DNA of 50,805 nucleotides, from the sequence record SRR31156797_3786. The stretch is one strand, 5' to 3'. This document shows positions 18,278 through 28,332 of the stretch, piece by piece. Below the pieces are notes generated by a model. It searched no databases. It was not told the origin of the DNA and saw only the letters and a program-made list of their open reading frames with translations. A program made the position numbers and the translations under genes. Each line of letters begins with the position of its first letter. The stretch's first letter is position 1.

Positions 18278-19222
18278 TCATATCTTACGAAAATATTCCT
18301 CCTTGCATGGTTGCCCATTCATATAAATTGCTTCTAGATAGGATAACTTCCGCGGCAATTGAGCAGGTGTACCTCGGGTAACCAGAAAATGGGCAGGCTT
18401 GCCAACAGCTATGCCACCTAATGTATCGGTAATTTCTAACAATTCCGCATTGTGCTGGGTCGCACATTGAATAGCTTCAGGCAGCGAATAGCCCGCTTTG
18501 GTGACCAGTTTCAACTCCTCCACCATGGACTCACCATGAAGAATCCCGTTCATTCCCGAATGGGTTCCCACGGCTACTTTTATACCGTTACTTTTTGCCA
18601 GGCGGACCTGTTTCATCTGCTGGCTAAAACTGCAATAATCCAGATTATAAATCTCTTTCTTTTCCCCGTGTGAACATTGCCCTTTTTCCAACACATTCAA
18701 AGCCAATAACAAGGGGGTCCAATATGTCGTTTGTTCTTTGGCCAAGCCTGAAGCCAGCTTCCCCGCATGCCAATTATCATCTGCTTTAAGTCCTTTGGCC
18801 TTGGTTAATATATGTACAGGGAACCCTGTATCTTCATTTTCCTGCTCGACGATAAACCTTGCAAGTATGGATTGCTGCTCACTATGGTCCCTGACGGCAA
18901 AGACACCATGACAAAAAAAATCACCTAAATGGCGTGTGATCATTTTCTTAGCTGCAGTGTATTCAGCAGTGCGCTGCTGCTTCCTTGCTTTGGGGTCAGT
19001 CGTTCCTGAAAGGGCAACGTGGACACAACAGTCGATCAACGGCGGTACTATCGTGCAGTGTGACAAATCAATTACTCGTTCATCAGTAGGAATATTTGCT
19101 CTAGACATTTTTTCAAAAGTTGCCCAGACGCCATCATGAATAGTTAAAAGTACTTTTTCCTGAATGCAACCACCCATACCATCTATAAGCCACCCTGCGT
19201 ATACATAGCGAGTTTCCATCAA
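18278..19222 (-). CDS. Amidohydrolase-family protein, shortened and with altered metal ligands
   Basis: AGWLIDG, IDLSHCTIVPPLIDCCVH, VAVGTHSG, EAIQCAT, GGIAVGKPAHF. Confidence 0.7.
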   Translation of the reverse strand: MMETRYVYAGWLIDGMGGCIQEKVLLTIHDGVWATFEKMSRANIPTDERVIDLSHCTIVPPLIDCCVHVALSGTTDPKARKQQRTAEYTAAKKMITRHLGDFFCHGVFAVRDHSEQQSILARFIVEQENEDTGFPVHILTKAKGLKADDNWHAGKLASGLAKEQTTYWTPLLLALNVLEKGQCSHGEKKEIYNLDYCSFSQQMKQVRLAKSNGIKVAVGTHSGMNGILHGESMVEELKLVTKAGYSLPEAIQCATQHNAELLEITDTLGGIAVGKPAHFLVTRGTPAQLPRKLSYLEAIYMNGQPCKEEYFRKI

Positions 19223-19496
19223 TATCCTCCAGGTTATGGTTGCCTCAAATTGTCACTTCCCTCAACAGGCTGTCGATATGACAAGGAAAATATATCCACC
19301 AGCCGCTATAACTGAGAGGTGAATATCAACCCTCGATTATCACACTGATCCATGGCTACAAAAAATAAGCACTGAGCACATTGATGTCGGCAAAAAATCT
19401 GCTATGATGAGAGTGAGGTGAAATATCGTCATTTTAAGCCCTCCTGCTACCTTTCCCATCATAAATGGTGCTCATCGTTCATCTTAGGATATTTTT

Positions 19497-20279
19497 ATGC
19501 TCAAGAGCTCATCCTATAAATACATTTTTCTCTTTCTAGGGGCCACGCTCCTCCCCCTCATTGCGAGGTTCACATTCACCGCGCTGGGGGCACTCCTCCC
19601 TGCCCAAGCATACCTGCTCCCCTTTACCATAGGCGGCACCCTCGGTTATCTGCTCGGCTTTTTGCTTGATAAATACTTGAAAACTCTTGAAACGCTAAAA
19701 TGCACAAACAGTGTTCTTAAGCAGGAAATCAAAGAAAAAACGCTCAACGAAGCTAAGTATTCAGAACTCTTTAAAAAAAACCATACTATTACTCTCTTGA
19801 TAAACCCCTCAACTAGCTCCATTGTCGACGCAAATGTCGACGCAAATACGACTGCCGCTGAGTTCTATGGGTATCCAATAGAACAAATAAAAAAAATGTC
19901 TATTTCTGATATCAATGTTCTTTCCCAGGAAGAAATAAAGCATGAGATGGACAAGGCTGTTCGGGAAGGAAGGAAACAGTATTATTTTAAACACAGACTG
20001 CAATCTGGAGAGATAAGAGATGTTGAGGTTTATTCGGGATCTATTACTATCAACAACTCTGCCCTTTTGATATCTATTGTTAACGACATCACTGAATTAA
20101 AACTGCTCAAGGGAATTATCTCTATTTGCTCTCACTGTAAAAAGATCAAAGATGAGGAGGGATTCTGGAGCCAGCTTGAGCTATACATAAAAAACCACTC
20201 AGAAGCTGATTTCAGCCACGGTTTATGTCCTGATTGCGCTCAAAATCTTTATCCTGATCTTTTCACGACCAAACAATAA
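19497..20279 (+). CDS. Membrane-anchored PAS domain protein with a C-terminal Cys/His (putative Zn-binding) domain
   Basis: Two N-terminal TMs, DAN..AAEFYGY PAS signature, ICSHCKKIKD...FSHGLCPDC. Confidence 0.82.
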   Translation: MLKSSSYKYIFLFLGATLLPLIARFTFTALGALLPAQAYLLPFTIGGTLGYLLGFLLDKYLKTLETLKCTNSVLKQEIKEKTLNEAKYSELFKKNHTITLLINPSTSSIVDANVDANTTAAEFYGYPIEQIKKMSISDINVLSQEEIKHEMDKAVREGRKQYYFKHRLQSGEIRDVEVYSGSITINNSALLISIVNDITELKLLKGIISICSHCKKIKDEEGFWSQLELYIKNHSEADFSHGLCPDCAQNLYPDLFTTKQ

Positions 20280-20661
20280 AAACAATCGTTTAAAAGTACA
20301 TTGTAAAATTATTGCACCCCCAATCGCTTTTTCCCAAAAAATCGCGTTTTACACCGCAACAGCTTGCCAAGAAAATCAATTGCAATAAATGGATAGCCTT
20401 GGTACATCCCATATTTTTACAAGAAATTAATTCTCCGTTATTTTATGTTACACATCCTTTATGTGGGCTACTTACTAGAAGTATGAAAGACATGATTGAG
20501 CCATCATCTTGATATAACTGCAGTCCAGTTATCCCCCCACTTAGGATTCTCTGCAACCGCTGACTCTATTTTATTAGTACTCCATTCCCGAGACGTTCTG
20601 AGTCATCAGGCTGCTTTGGAAGGATTACGAAATTTTTCATTTCACTTATCAGGAGATAAGA

Positions 20662-21093
20662 ATGACACAAGCTAAAAGTGGCGATAACGTTACTATCCAT
20701 TACACAGGTAAACTTGAGGACGGAACCGTCTTTGATTCTTCAGAAGGCAGAGAACCGCTCCCTTTTACCATAGGAAGCGGCCAAGTCATTCCAGGGTTCG
20801 AGGAAGCCGTTATGGGCATGAATCTGGGCGACTCAAAAACTGTAACCATACCATCTGAAAAAGCATACGGTCCGCGCAATGAGGAAATGGTTATTAATGT
20901 TCCCATTGACCAAGTTCCACCCGATATAACCCCTGAAGTAGGAATGCAGCTGGAACTCATGAATGATGCAAACCAACCGATGGTAGTGCGTATAGTTGAA
21001 GTTGCAGAAGAGCACATTGCCCTTGATGCTAATCCGCCGCTTGCCGGAAAAGACCTCACTTTTGATATTGAGTTGGTCACCGTTGGGAGTTGA
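20662..21093 (+). CDS. FKBP-type peptidyl-prolyl isomerase, SlyD/SlpA-like, without a His-rich tail
   Basis: HYTGKLEDGTVFDSS, GQVIPGFEEA, AYG, DANPPLAGKDLTFDIEL. Confidence 0.93.
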   Translation: MTQAKSGDNVTIHYTGKLEDGTVFDSSEGREPLPFTIGSGQVIPGFEEAVMGMNLGDSKTVTIPSEKAYGPRNEEMVINVPIDQVPPDITPEVGMQLELMNDANQPMVVRIVEVAEEHIALDANPPLAGKDLTFDIELVTVGS

Positions 21094-21281
21094 TTAAGTT
21101 TAACCTCCCAAAAAAATCCATCCATAACATGGCAGGGTAACAGACATCGTTGCTGTTTTCCCTGCCTGGCTGTCGCATTGTCCCCCTTCCCTCATTATCG
21201 TTATCAGTAAACCTGGCAAAGTCTCGCCTTATCCACCGCAAAAGAGGTTTATCCTAATCCCCAAGACCACCTGAACGCACC

Positions 21282-21310
21282 TTGCCATCTGTTACTAAAA
21301 GACATATCAT
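21282..21310 (+). promoter_or_regulatory. Sigma70-type promoter
   Basis: TTGCCA-17 nt-TATCAT upstream of 21363. Confidence 0.55.
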
Positions 21311-21362
21311 GTGATAATGGTCGTAATCCAAAAACGATAATTTCAGCCTAAGGAGCACTAAA

Positions 21363-21560
21363 ATGTCTGGACAAATTTTTTATCGTGAACGAATGAAAGT
21401 AAAAGAAGGGACCAAAACACCTCGATTCCGAATTATTGCTGTCAGCGGAGTAGATCTTAAGGTGTATGCTGACCATCTTCGCAAAAAAGAATTGCAACAG
21501 ATTGCAAAGGCTACCAAAGCTGAGCTAGTCGCCCTTGAGCGAGACAAGAACAAAAAATAA
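21363..21560 (+). CDS. Small basic hypothetical protein
   Basis: 65 aa ORF with AAGGAG RBS, 33 nt upstream of the MoSto-like gene. Confidence 0.75.
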   Translation: MSGQIFYRERMKVKEGTKTPRFRIIAVSGVDLKVYADHLRKKELQQIAKATKAELVALERDKNKK

Positions 21561-21593
21561 GACGACATTACAGCATAAGGGGGAGAGAATACT

Positions 21594-22424
21594 ATGGCAT
21601 TGGTGCGAGAAAAGGATGGCAAAAGATTGCATGTAGAAAGTGCTCTAATGGGGGAGAGCCTGGTCAGCAATGAGTTTATCGGTACCCTCGATATTGCTCC
21701 CCAGGAAAAGTTATACCCGGATGTACCTGTTGTTAAAATTGGCGGGCAATCCATTTGTGACAGGGGGGCGAAGGCACTTCCTGCAATATTGAAGGAAATT
21801 GTCAGTAATCGGGCTGAGCATAAAATATTGATCACTACGGGTGGTGGGACCAGAAGCCGTCACATCTACTCCATCGGTCTTGAAATGGGAATGCCGACCG
21901 GCGTTATTGCCAAGTTTGGAAGCATGGTTTCAGAGCAAAATGCGCTGATGATAGCGACCCTGCTTTCACCGTGGGGAGGCGTCAAAATTTCCCATGCAGA
22001 TATCGTCAAACTCCCAGCCTATTTTTCAGAGGGTATCATACCGGTCATGCACGGCATGCCTCCTTACGATTATTTTGCGATCAAGCCCAAAGTTGGAAGA
22101 ATCCCAATTCACCGAACCGATGTCGGTCTGGTGATTCTCGCTGACCTGATCGGCTCGTCAACAGTTCTTTTTATTAAAGATGAGAACGGTCTCTATACAG
22201 ATGACCCGAAAAAAAATCCTGATGCGAAATTCATAGCTGAAATAGGTGCCCAGGACTTACTGGAAAAAAACCAGGACGACTTGGTCATTGAACGGCCCTG
22301 TCTTGACATTATTCAAAACTCTGAAGTCATTGAAAAAGTGCAGATAATTAACGGGATGATTCCAGGCAACATCACTAAAGCGCTTAACGGCGAACACGTT
22401 GGCACATTTATTTATAAGCAATAA
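21594..22424 (+). CDS. Molybdenum storage protein (MoSto/MosB-like), amino-acid-kinase fold
   Basis: VKIGGQSICDRG, TGGGTRSRHIYS, EQNA, GMPPY, IPIHRTDVG, FIKDENGLYT, NGMIPGNITKALNGEHVGT match my recollection of Azotobacter MoSto subunits. Confidence 0.8.
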   Translation: MALVREKDGKRLHVESALMGESLVSNEFIGTLDIAPQEKLYPDVPVVKIGGQSICDRGAKALPAILKEIVSNRAEHKILITTGGGTRSRHIYSIGLEMGMPTGVIAKFGSMVSEQNALMIATLLSPWGGVKISHADIVKLPAYFSEGIIPVMHGMPPYDYFAIKPKVGRIPIHRTDVGLVILADLIGSSTVLFIKDENGLYTDDPKKNPDAKFIAEIGAQDLLEKNQDDLVIERPCLDIIQNSEVIEKVQIINGMIPGNITKALNGEHVGTFIYKQ

Positions 22425-22449
22425 TTGCCAATTTACTTGTCATGTACTC

Positions 22450-22484
22450 CAGGTAACCGGGACCAAAAATGTCTTGGTTACCTG
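22450..22484 (+). terminator. Stem-loop after the MoSto-like gene
   Basis: CAGGTAACCGGGAC/GTCTTGGTTACCTG; weak U tract. Confidence 0.55.
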
Positions 22485-22689
22485 TATTTACAACATTAAG
22501 CACGACCAATGGCAAGATGCAAATTGCTAGTTGGTGGTTCAGGTAGCAAGAGTTTCACAACATGCTACCCACTCTCAACCATAATTATTATGTTGCAAAC
22601 CAATCCCCAGTTTTTGTTGCCTGTAAATTACGCCCACCAAGATCAAGAACACGTTACAGCTTGGTTGTGAGCTGAAGCTCCCTTCCAGC

Positions 22690-22718
22690 TTGCGAAAAAT
22701 TGTCCGGAAGCGTATAAC
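22690..22718 (+). promoter_or_regulatory. Possible sigma70 promoter of tgt-yajC
   Basis: TTGCGA-17 nt-TATAAC. Confidence 0.45.
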
Positions 22719-22808
22719 TCTCCAACATTTCCTCCTAGACTATTCATCTTGCTCGGCCTCAAAATCGTTACCATAGCGCATGAGAAAAAAACAATCACAT
22801 CCAACTAA

Positions 22809-23954
<1,146 letters not shown>

Positions 23955-23982
23955 CATATTTTTTTATTTGGAGGTTTTCCCC

Positions 23983-24327
23983 ATGACCGGAATTGCACAC
24001 GCAGCTGGTGCTTCGCCCTTGGGCGGCGGCGCCGGTGGTATAGCTTCTTTTGTACCGCTTATTCTTATTTTTGTTGTTTTCTATTTCTTGTTGATTCGTC
24101 CACAACAGAAAAAAGCAAAAGAACATCAACAGTACTTGGCAAACCTGAAAAAGGGTGCCAAAGTTATTACTGGTGGTGGTATCCATGGACAGATCACTGG
24201 TCTTACTGATACCGTTGCCACCCTGGAAATAGCTGAAAATGTTCGTATCAAAGTTAACCGTGCCTCTATTATGGGCAGTGCTGGTGATACGGACAAACAG
24301 GCAGCGCCGCCGAAAGGTGGCGGCTGA
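23983..24327 (+). CDS. yajC: Preprotein translocase subunit YajC (possible Sec readthrough to 24348)
   Basis: FYFLLIRPQQKK, LKKGAKVITGGGIHG; ATG at 23983 with GGAGG RBS; follows tgt. Confidence 0.93.
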   Translation: MTGIAHAAGASPLGGGAGGIASFVPLILIFVVFYFLLIRPQQKKAKEHQQYLANLKKGAKVITGGGIHGQITGLTDTVATLEIAENVRIKVNRASIMGSAGDTDKQAAPPKGGG

Positions 24328-24389
24328 GGAATTGGCGGCAAATGCTGATTTTCATCGTGTATGAAAATTTAATTTTTTCCGCGTTAAAT

Positions 24390-24426
24390 AAAACGGCTCC
24401 AGGGCACCATCCTGGAGCCGTTTTTC
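24390..24426 (+). terminator. Intrinsic terminator after yajC
   Basis: AAAACGGCTCCAGG/CCTGGAGCCGTTTT followed by T. Confidence 0.85.
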
Positions 24427-24448
24427 ATTTTTCCTGATCAGTATTATT

Positions 24449-25225
24449 GTGGAACGTGTTGTTTACAGAGGCAATACCGGCAGTCACCCAATTGAGGTAA
24501 TGGATGAAGGCCCGCTCCGCAATCTCCGCTTTGGAGCAGAAGAGCGACAGAGCTGCATCCACCTCGACCATCCCCATGAGCTGCAACTCGCCTACACCCG
24601 CTGGATGATGACAGCGCTGTTGTTTCATCCTGATCCTAAGAAATTTCTACTCTGCGGATTAGGTGGCGGATCCATAGCCCACTTTCTACTCCATCATCAC
24701 CCGGCAGCTTGTCTTGATATTATTGAGAAAGAAGAAAAGGTCATCCATGTAGCAAAAAAATTCTTTCACCTTCCTCGTACAAGCCAACTCCATCTTTACC
24801 ATAATGATGTGATAGATTTCCTGTGTCATTCTCCATCTCCCAATAGTTCCTACCAGGTCGCCTTCATTGACATATTCGGCCCACGCTCCATGGCTCCTCC
24901 GCTTTTTGTTCCTGATTTTTACCGCAGCATACTCGACAAACTTGAGCTAAACGGTGTTATGGCTGTCAATTTATGGAATGGTGATAAACACCTCTATGGC
25001 ATGGCATGCCAGGCAATACGTGACAGCTGTAACAACCAGGTACTGGAAATGGCCGTTAAAAAACGAAGTAACGCCATCCTGCTTGCTTTTCCTGGGGGGG
25101 TGCCCAAAAAAACACTGCGCAAAGCCCGCAAACAGGTTGATCAACACCAGCAGCATTATGATCTGCCTTTTCATCGCTATCTAAAAAAAATACGCCGTAC
25201 TAACAAAATTTCATTTTTTGCTTAA
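24449..25225 (+). CDS. Spermidine-synthase-like SAM-dependent methyltransferase-fold protein
   Basis: QSC...LAYTRWMM, CGLGGGS, IIE, IDIF, NGVMAVNLW. Confidence 0.82.
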   Translation: MERVVYRGNTGSHPIEVMDEGPLRNLRFGAEERQSCIHLDHPHELQLAYTRWMMTALLFHPDPKKFLLCGLGGGSIAHFLLHHHPAACLDIIEKEEKVIHVAKKFFHLPRTSQLHLYHNDVIDFLCHSPSPNSSYQVAFIDIFGPRSMAPPLFVPDFYRSILDKLELNGVMAVNLWNGDKHLYGMACQAIRDSCNNQVLEMAVKKRSNAILLAFPGGVPKKTLRKARKQVDQHQQHYDLPFHRYLKKIRRTNKISFFA

Positions 25226-25266
25226 GGCAAAGGCAAGCGCAGACGCCGTGGGATGCCATCCTGAAG

Positions 25267-26211
25267 TTACAGTCGACCAACAACAGCCTGCTCCACCCTT
25301 GACCTGCAACCTTGGTGCAGCCCTTGTTCTGTCAGTCGATGCTGCAAAATGCGGCTGAGATCACCGGTAAGGACATGCCACTTGGGAGCAACCAACAGGG
25401 AGGGATGAGAGGTCGACCAAAGGCGATGCAGAGTCACATGCTCCGGTATGAAAGGAATAATACAGAGTAAAAATTTCATATATTCTTCCAGGGAAAACAA
25501 CGTAAACCTGTTTTGCAGATACATTGCATGCAGGGTGGTGTCTTTAATAACCTGGAGATGATGCAGCTTTAAAGCATCAAGCTTAAGTCCAGCCACAAAC
25601 TTTACCGTCTCAACCATATCTGTCTTTGATTCACCGGGGATACCGAAAATGAGGTGTGCCCCTACCTGCAGTCGAGCAAATTGGTTGACTCGCTCTACGG
25701 CTCCAAGAAAATCATCTAAGGTGTGATTACGATTGAGAAGCTTCAGGCTTTTGGCATGGATTGACTGCAGTCCCAGTTCTATCAGACAGTCTTTATTGCT
25801 TTTTTCTATGAGCAGGGCCAGTGACTCAACCAACTTCTCGGGCAGGTGATCTGGCCGTGTAGACAGGACAAGACCGGTACAGGACGGATCCTCCAAAACG
25901 GCCGCTAGCAGGGGCAGCAACTTTTCCAGAGCCAATGCAGTGACAGTTTCCTGCTGAAAATAGCCGAAATAGTATCGAAACCGTCCTTTCAGCAGCTGCA
26001 GTTTCCCCCGCTCAATCTGGGTGGGAATATCGTCTCCACTACTGAGACATGAAGGAGTAAAACTTGCCGAACGGCAATAGATGCACCCTCCATGCATACG
26101 ATTGGGGCAGGTTATGCCCACATCAAGAGGGATTTTACCGACTGCCACTCCGTATTTTTGTCTGCAATGATAGCTAAAAGTACGAATAAGTGGCGCGTTC
26201 ATTGCAGACAA
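25267..26211 (-). CDS. YhcC-like radical SAM protein (TIGR01212-type)
   Basis: TCPNRMHGGCIYC, STRPD, ELGLQS, HLIFGIPGE, KLHHL. Confidence 0.9.
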   Translation of the reverse strand: MSAMNAPLIRTFSYHCRQKYGVAVGKIPLDVGITCPNRMHGGCIYCRSASFTPSCLSSGDDIPTQIERGKLQLLKGRFRYYFGYFQQETVTALALEKLLPLLAAVLEDPSCTGLVLSTRPDHLPEKLVESLALLIEKSNKDCLIELGLQSIHAKSLKLLNRNHTLDDFLGAVERVNQFARLQVGAHLIFGIPGESKTDMVETVKFVAGLKLDALKLHHLQVIKDTTLHAMYLQNRFTLFSLEEYMKFLLCIIPFIPEHVTLHRLWSTSHPSLLVAPKWHVLTGDLSRILQHRLTEQGLHQGCRSRVEQAVVGRL

Positions 26212-26216
26212 AAATC

Positions 26217-26570
26217 CTAATCAAGGATTTTTATGATATCTTCTTCATTGGGGATAAGACAGAGAAAGCTAAACGGCTCCTTGCCGGTATTTTTATAATA
26301 ATGAGGTACACCGCTGGGAATCAGGACTACATCATTTTTCTCCACTGCAAACAACTTGCCGTCCAAACTTACCTCGGCACACCCGTTTAACACAAACTGT
26401 TCATGCTCCACAGAGTTAGTATGCATTGGCATAAATCCGCCTGGATCTATACTAAAAATCCGCATAGCAAAATTGGGCGCTTCCTCTGGGCTTATAAGCA
26501 TTTGGCGTGACACACCCTCCCCGACAGGGATAGGCTCTGCAGTAATTGCGCTCAGTTTCTTGACAAACAT
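26217..26570 (-). CDS. Cupin domain protein
   Basis: APNFAMR, PMHTNSVEHEQFV, IPSGVPHYY. Confidence 0.9.
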   Translation of the reverse strand: MFVKKLSAITAEPIPVGEGVSRQMLISPEEAPNFAMRIFSIDPGGFMPMHTNSVEHEQFVLNGCAEVSLDGKLFAVEKNDVVLIPSGVPHYYKNTGKEPFSFLCLIPNEEDIIKILD

Positions 26571-26579
26571 ATTCCACCT

Positions 26580-27161
26580 TTATAATTCTTTATAGTATCG
26601 GGTACCGCTGCAACCACGACAAAGGGTTCTGCCATCCCGGACGACTTCACGACAATCCTGTACCCAGTCACCGCACTCCTCGCACTGCACTCTGCGCATC
26701 GGCCTTCCAGGCATCTCGCACTCTTTTAATGTCACCTCGACATCCTGAAAAGAAAATAATTCATTAAGGGGCATTACCCTGTATGCATCCAGTTGGCGCT
26801 GATATTTATCCACGGTCTGCGGAGCATACTTCTTGGAGAGTTCCCTTGATTCTTCCCTGGCTGTTACCCGTACTGCCTTCCCAGTATCCAGGTTGACAAA
26901 AGTGGCTGCCATAACCCCATGATCGATCCAGCGCATTGACCGTTTTCCCAGGCTGCATCCGGTTACAGACTGGATGGCATCAGTTGCGCAACGGTCAATC
27001 TCGACCAATACATAGGTCTTTTTCCGATCTTTTCCTTTTGGATCATCAATTCCTATCCGCCCCAGCCCCTCCATTGCCATTCGAACCCCGATAACCTGAC
27101 CAGCACAAATATGGCCATGAATTCTGGTTGAGACCTCAAGTAAATCCTCAAATGACTCCAT
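26580..27161 (-). CDS. FmdE-family protein with C-terminal zinc finger
   Basis: HGHICAGQVIGVRM, EIDRCATDAIQSVTGCSLGK, CEECG...CRGC. Confidence 0.9.
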   Translation of the reverse strand: MESFEDLLEVSTRIHGHICAGQVIGVRMAMEGLGRIGIDDPKGKDRKKTYVLVEIDRCATDAIQSVTGCSLGKRSMRWIDHGVMAATFVNLDTGKAVRVTAREESRELSKKYAPQTVDKYQRQLDAYRVMPLNELFSFQDVEVTLKECEMPGRPMRRVQCEECGDWVQDCREVVRDGRTLCRGCSGTRYYKEL

Positions 27162-27258
27162 ATGTCCTTATCCTCCATCAGACAATGAATTGCCCGTTTT
27201 TTTTCACCACCGATTATGGATGTGCAAACAGCGAATGTAACCATGGAGAAGCTACCTG

Positions 27259-28332
27259 TCAAATAGCAGCTGTCCGCTTATCTGGAATGGATAAAGGCTG
27301 CCACTGGGCAATCATTTCGAACAAGTCTTTGCAAAAACCGCACTTTTCGCAACGCCCGTCGCACTGTGAGAGCATATTTGCAAAATCAAAGGAGAGTGAG
27401 CTGTTATCGATATACAACTTATCGGCAAGCCAATTGGTGGCATCAAGAAGATCAAGTAGGTTGCCGTCGTATTTGCGATTGCTGTAGGCCTTGAACACTC
27501 GACTCAGAAAAGCCGGTCCCAGAGAGCGGCCGCATAATTTGACGGTATCGATATGGTAGTAATAAAGGTCTATATCTTCGGGCCGGATAAAAGGGGAAAG
27601 AATAATTCGGTGGGGTTCCTTGTATAGTAAATCCATACATCCAAGATTACCCTTAAAGCCAAGACTGCTTTTGTATCCCTTGATATTAGCCAAAGCGATG
27701 TAGGAGTCGTGGGACAGCTTAAATGGACAGTAGGACAGACATCCTTCGTTGGCAAGTACCTCCAGCCGTAGGTGAGGAAAATGGGTATGGATTTTAAGAG
27801 CTACTTTGGCCAAAGAATCCAAATCCCTATTCAAGGATCGGTCTAGGACAATTTTCTGTGGTTTTTTGAAGTGGGTTAACTCAATATATGCTAATTGGGC
27901 GTCAATCTTGCCGTACGAATCCAACATAGTATTCACTCCAGGAACTGCCTCCAACGAAGAAGCGATATCGGGTGCTTCCTCGGAGAGGTACTGCAGTAAA
28001 TAGTGGTCGCAATAGATGATACCGTTAATCAAGTCATGCTCCAGGTAGTCCTGGAGCGTATTGATAATGCATTGCACATTCTCCTTGTCGCTCAGCAGCT
28101 CGGGAGAATAAAACCGGCTGTTCATCAAGGCATACTTCTTTACGCCCTTCAGACGACCAAGCTGTTCAAGATAATTTTCACTACTTTGCAGATCCTCTAG
28201 TAAAATGCGGTTGTCTAAACGTAAATCTGGAAGAAGACTGAAATGCACGCAGTCGAGTTCATCTGCATGTTCTGCCAGAAGCTCTACATACGATGGATCC
28301 GGAAGAAATGGTACATCAAATAACGGTTTCAT
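27259..28332 (-). CDS. U32-peptidase-like Fe-S protein
   Basis: LDRSLNRD, NEGCLSYCPFK, FIRPED, KLCGR, C-terminal CDGRCEKCGFC; overlaps the upstream U32 gene. Confidence 0.7.
   Translation of the reverse strand: MKPLFDVPFLPDPSYVELLAEHADELDCVHFSLLPDLRLDNRILLEDLQSSENYLEQLGRLKGVKKYALMNSRFYSPELLSDKENVQCIINTLQDYLEHDLINGIIYCDHYLLQYLSEEAPDIASSLEAVPGVNTMLDSYGKIDAQLAYIELTHFKKPQKIVLDRSLNRDLDSLAKVALKIHTHFPHLRLEVLANEGCLSYCPFKLSHDSYIALANIKGYKSSLGFKGNLGCMDLLYKEPHRIILSPFIRPEDIDLYYYHIDTVKLCGRSLGPAFLSRVFKAYSNRKYDGNLLDLLDATNWLADKLYIDNSSLSFDFANMLSQCDGRCEKCGFCKDLFEMIAQWQPLSIPDKRTAAI

Noticed and set aside
20515-20640. Possible structured 5' UTR of the FKBP gene (GCAGTC/GGCTGC, TGACTC/GAGTCA)
   Set aside because: The stems are short and match no family I recognise; indistinguishable from chance without homologs.
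21594-22424. Uridylate kinase (pyrH) call
   Set aside because: Lacks the PyrH KLSGE signature and tsf/frr context; motifs fit MoSto better.
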